Source: an uncultured virus (IMG/VR IMGVR_UViG_2061766007_000731) (Duplodnaviria; Heunggongvirae; Uroviricota; Caudoviricetes). Taken from it: a DNA stretch of 64,000 nt. Shown piece after piece: positions 58,704-64,000 of this stretch (positions within the stretch are counted from its first letter, which is position 1; each line of letters starts with the position of its first letter). Both the position numbers and the translations under genes were made by a program. The notes beneath the pieces are model-generated. The model saw only the letters and a list, made by a program, of their open reading frames with translations, searched no databases and had not been told where the DNA came from. Where the stretch lies: IMG/VR virus record IMGVR_UViG_2061766007_000731, one strand, 5' to 3'.

Positions 58704-61700
58704 AAAAGAAGCTATAAATACATTTTCTGATGGATTGGTGTTGGACTTAAATCCAATAAATACACCTAATACAGTACTTACAGATTGTCTTAACGGCACT
58801 TTGATAACATACGATGGAAATGAGCAAAGTTTGCAAAATGATAAAGGTAATTATCCTTTAAAAGATTGCAAACTTCCTGCCAATTATATACCTGTTGGTG
58901 TAAAGGAGTATGGAGATATATTATATATTGTATCTTATAATCCTATCACCAATCATGTTCAAATAGGATCCTATCCTTCTCCAGAAACTATTTTTGATGA
59001 ATTTGATATTCAAGGAAATGATTCTACTGCATCAACTTATGACAATAATTTAAAATATACTGTAAGTTCTTTATGAAACCAAATTGCTGAATCTCCATAT
59101 AACGGTATAATTAATTATTCAGAATTAGCAGAAGTTTTAGAAATTTTAAAATTATTTTATGGATCTGTACCAGAAAATTATAAAATAAATCCTGGAGATA
59201 AATATAAAATTGCTATAACAAATGGAGCTGCAAATAATCCATCATTTATTAATAATTTAGATTTACAAACATTTGAGGGTATTGAATTTTATATATTTGA
59301 TGAAAATCGTAAACCATATGATATCACAAAAGACATTGAAATAAATACTCAAAATCATATATATACAAACTGAAAAATACCAGGATATTTGGCAACTAAA
59401 CTTAGATTTGCGCAAGTTGATGATTTTAAAGTTAATGTTCGCAAGATTATTGTACCAACATATCATGTTCAAGGACAAAGTGCAGTAAAAGAATTATCTT
59501 TAAATTTTCAATATTTTATATCCGATTATTTATATAATGATCATATTAATGCGGCGAAAGATGCATTAAAAATTAAAATTGAAATTTTTGATCAAAATGG
59601 ATCTAAAGGCGATCCTATAATTTGATCAATTAACGATACTGTTGATTTAAAAAACAACACAATTTGTTATTATAGTAATTGAACAATGGAAAATGTATCA
59701 TTTAATTCAAATGATATAATTACATTAATAATTACACCTTTTGTACAATATACTAATAAAAAAGTATTTTATGATAAATTTAAAAGAACTTTAACGTTTG
59801 ATTTGTCTCAAAAAGGTAATGTATCTGATTTTGAAATTGGTGAAGGTATATGGCGTTACACTGTAGATGATCAGTTAACTCTATATTTTGATACAATCGG
59901 TATTCAGGAATCTTCTGTTATGTCTGAAGATNNNNNNNNNNNNNNNNNNNNNNNNNNNNNNNNNNNGAATTTGCAAATCAAGCCGCTGTACAATCTTGAA
60001 TAGAAAATAATACAGGTTGAAATACTGTTTACGATTGAAATGTTATTGGAGATACAATATTAAAAATCGATTTTGATGCATGAACTGGTATAATTGAATC
60101 TGGAAAAATATATGCAGAAGATTATTATAGAATAGCTTTTAGATTTATTGATCCTAATTCTAATGGAGTATTACGTTCTGATATAACAAAAACAATATTA
60201 GCTACAGAATTATTAAATGGAAATTCTGCAAAAAAATATGATAAAATTTACTTCGACGAATGAATAAATAATTATTCAAATCATATTAAAAATAAATCTA
60301 TTACTATAAGTGCCAATATTGATCAAAATAGTATTACAACCGACCCATTAGTTCAATATGATGAAACTTATAATAATTGATATTATAATTCAGAACTCGA
60401 TGATTATCCAACGTATATCAATTATACAAAAATAAATTCTGACAATGGAATTCCAAGTTTTAATGTATCTTCCGAATTAAAATTTAATACTAATATATCA
60501 TATGGATCTGATATTGAATTACTTAAAGGTCCTTTGTGGAATAATCTTACGTCTCAATTAAATTATACTGATACAAAATCTACAAATATAAATAGTTCTA
60601 CTGGAAAAGTTGTAGACGCTACTGTTTCCGCATCTTCCGTAGGCTCTGTTAAAAAAACATTGAATTATAAATTAATTCAACAAGCTGGCCCTGATCGAAT
60701 TGTTGCAATAGAATCGACAGATCTTAATGTGCCTAAAGAAGAAGATATAAAAATAACAGCAGATGGTTTATATGAAGATAAAATAAGCAAAAAGGGTTTA
60801 CCTACACCTGATTTAGAAATTACTATTAATGGTTTTCCTGCAGATACTTATATAGTTAGTTCTAAAACATATAACATTTCTACTGCTACTAAACTTTTAG
60901 GAATGTTTAATGATAAAGATGTTTTATTTTGTACATTAGAAATACCTAATCAAGTTCGTGGTGATGATACTAATCCAAATAACGATAATCATAACGTATT
61001 AAAGTTTAAAACAGGAGAGGATTTAGAAGAAGGCGGATACGTTTATGCTGCCGCTGATGGGACTACAACATCGAATACATATTACGCCGTATTTAAATAT
61101 CCCGCAAGAAGTTCGGAAGATCAAACAAAATTATTATTTGTTAGAGTTGGAAATTTAAGTGGAACTAATAATAATATTACTTCAAGTAGTGCTAGTGTAC
61201 ACTCTGCATATGTATTTTTTGAAAATTGGGCGTCTAGAATTAAACATCGTAAAGGATTAGGATATTCTATTATTGGAAATTTTTATAAAGCAGAACAATC
61301 TACATCTTCTACTAGNNNNNNNNNNNNNNNNNNNNNNNNNNNNNNNNNNNNNNNNNNNNNNNNNNNNNNNNNATGTTTGATACTATAGCTCGTTCTAATA
61401 TTAGCGATAATGACAATTTTTTTAAGTTATCAGATACTTCAAATAATATAGACTTATTTTCTGGAATTTCTTTAGAAAAAGGAATATTAGAAATACCTTA
61501 TNNNNNNNNNNNNNNNNNNCTGTTTTAAGCCAAGTTCAACAAAATATTAGTGATAGAAATTCTTTAGTTGAAAGTAATATTATAAGTTGAAATGCAGATA
61601 CTTTTATTAGGGCACATTCTAGCGAAAGTGATGAAAATATAAATGAGTATTACTATGAAACAACATCATTAAATGCAAATGATGGCCCATTATTACAAAT

Positions 61701-61848
61701 GTTAAACAAAACTTGAGTTTGTGATACTCCTGTTATGTTTTTAACTTCAGATAACTGATTTGTAAGTGGTTATGGGCATAATCTTCCTTATAGATATACT
61801 CAATTAAATTATATAGGTATTGCTCAAATAGATATAGCTATAACATAG
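58696..61848 (+). CDS. Tail stabilisation/muzzle-like protein, ~1050 aa (TGA=Trp; joined across N gaps)
   Basis: N-terminus NTFSDGLVLDLNP...LTDCLNGTLIT.DGNEQSLQNDKGN; TAG stop at 61848. Confidence 0.65.
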
Positions 61849-61849
61849 T

Positions 61850-64000
61850 ATGGACATAACATTAGAATTAAAAAAATATAATCAGGAAGGTGATATGGCT
61901 CATGAGTACAATCCTTTAAGAAATATACTTAATGAGGAAAATCAAATTGTTGATTTTGATACAGATGAGCTTGGAATCGATTTAAATCACCCTTTAAATT
62001 TAGAATGCCAACCTTCCTATGATGGTACCGTTAATTTAATAATTAATGACGATNNNNNNNNNNNNNNNNNNNNNNNNNNNNNNNNGGACGATCATTATAA
62101 AATTATAAATCGTAATCAAAAAGAGCAAACAAATCTTTATAAAGTTGGAAAGATTGATCAACAAACAAGATTATTTAGAAACATAAACTCTATTCCTAAA
62201 ATTGATTTAATCAATGTAACTAATGTTGGTCAATTAATGGGAGGTAATTATACATTTTATATTAAGTTTGCTGATAACGATTATAATAAAACCGATGTGG
62301 TTGCAGAATCCGGAATAGTTTCTATATTTAAAGGCTACAGTAATAGAATACACACTATATCTGGAACAATTTTTAATGAACGTACGGATAAAGCGATCAA
62401 ACTTCGTATATCTAATGTAGATACATCTTTTTCTAAAGTATATATATATTATATAAGAGAGACTTGTGATCAAAATGGAGTTAGAATAACTACAGCTGGA
62501 ATGTATAAGCAGCCGTATGAGATTCGCGATAAGATTTTAGATGTTGTCATCAATGGATTTGAAGATGAAGAAACGTTAACTCCAGAAGAAATTAATATAC
62601 AGTATAACATTGTCACTGCTGTTAAAACGCAAGCTCAAGTTCAAAATATGTTATTTTTTGGAAATGTTCAAAGTAATATCTTGGATGTTAAAAATTTACA
62701 GAACATTTCTTATTTTATTCCTGTTACATTAAAACAAAAAGAAAACATAGGTTGAATTAGCGCTAAAGATTATNNNNNNNNNNNNNNTCAAACAGAATAT
62801 TATAGTACTAATAATATATATTATAATCTTGGATATTGACCGGATGAAATATATAGATTGGGCGTAGTATATATATTAAAAGATGATTCTTTAACTCCTG
62901 TATTTAATTTAAGAGGGCATAATTTTACTAAAGTTTCTGGAGATAATAATATAGAATGAAACTTTGATCGTACTGAGGAATTGTATACAGATGGTAAAAT
63001 GAATTATCTTGAACGTGATGAATTTTTAACAACAAAAAAGTTTCTCGATAATACTTTTGGAGTATTTAAAACACCGGACGCTACAATTATTAATTACGAA
63101 GAAACTAGCGTTTATAATAGTCAATCTGTAAAACCGTTATATTTTCATATAGAAATTACAAATGAAATTAAAAACGCATTAAAAGAATTTAATGTAAAAG
63201 GGTTATTTTTTGTAAGACAAAAACGCATACCTACTAATTTAGCACAAGGATTTTCAATTGGTATTGATCGTATTAGTTATACACCTATTATTTGAGATAG
63301 TACTAGAAATAGTGGACAAGGTGCTTATATTGCAGAAAGTTTTTTAACTGAAGATAATACTTTAAGTACTAGTTTCGAATCTCATATCATTGAAACTCAA
63401 AATTCGCAGTGTTCAGGTTTGTTGTGTGTAGACGCAATGGTAAATCCACAATTACAGTCAAACTTTGATGGAAGCGAATTTATATTAAAACCTCAATTTA
63501 GATCAAGAAACGGTAATACTTTAACTAGAAATAAAAGACATTATTATATTAAAGATACCGCCGCNNNNNNNNNNNNNNNNNNNNNNNNNNNNNTATGTTG
63601 ATTCTGGTACACCAATGAAGTACATTAATGGTTTAGGATATTCTACTAAATGTGGTATGGCAGAGGATGTTAGTAAGTTTTCATTTTTTTCTGAAACAAA
63701 TAAACGTGATGCTACTAATAAAATTTTAAGAGGTGTCTATTGTCCATTTTTAGGAACTAATCAAAATTTAGATAAAAATGTTGTATATACTATAAAAGTT
63801 CCTAATTATTCTGGAGCTTTAATTAAAGATTATTTTTCTATTAGAGGGAAAGATACTACTCCATTTTTTGCTATATCTGATAGATATAGTATTGATAATA
63901 ATTTTACAGTAGACTGTTTTAGAGGTGATTGTTATTCTAATACAGTAACTGTTAGAATAAATAGAAATTTTGTTGATTCTGAAGTTCCAGTAACTGATAT
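61850..64000 (+). CDS. Large tail (muzzle-like) protein, runs off the window (TGA=Trp)
   Basis: GNYTFYIK, QVQNMLFFGNV, LGY-W-PDEIYRLGVVY and FRGDCY motifs. Confidence 0.75.

Noticed and set aside
16003..61848. TAG-to-Gln recoding (code 15)
   Set aside because: TAG ends genes at 16950, 38284, 56298 and 61848, just before next starts or terminators, and no internal TAGs were needed to join genes.
9122..64000. Widespread pseudogenisation or a decayed prophage
   Set aside because: Interruptions are exclusively in-frame TGA at Trp positions; frame changes occur only at N gaps.

Overview
A 64-kb segment of a crAss-like (Crassvirales-type) Bacteroidota phage genome with many short N gaps. From about 9.1 kb to the end, the mostly plus-strand late region reads TGA as Trp (genetic code 4). 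The supplied standard-code ORF track therefore fragments the terminase, portal, lysins, tail fibres and tail proteins, which join into full-length genes once TGA is read through. The minus-strand, GC-richer block at 4.2-8.6 kb appears to keep TGA as a stop (ATGA stop/start overlaps), which points to two codes in one genome. The left 4 kb carries a double-HTH replication-initiator-like gene next to five iterons spaced 21 bp apart. It also holds a cluster of ORF-free, hairpin-rich segments: a candidate ~950-nt large ncRNA and smaller structured RNAs. Two CCA-ending tRNA-like elements lacking a normal anticodon loop lie at 3662-3777 and 7265-7337. The late region has Bacteroidota sigma-70-type promoters, several peptidoglycan hydrolases, TerL, portal, scaffold, major capsid protein and tail genes. 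Its receptor-binding genes are mosaic, with GC-rich TGG-only segments inside AT-rich TGA-using genes. Protein family calls come from motif recognition and gene order only; no database searches were run.
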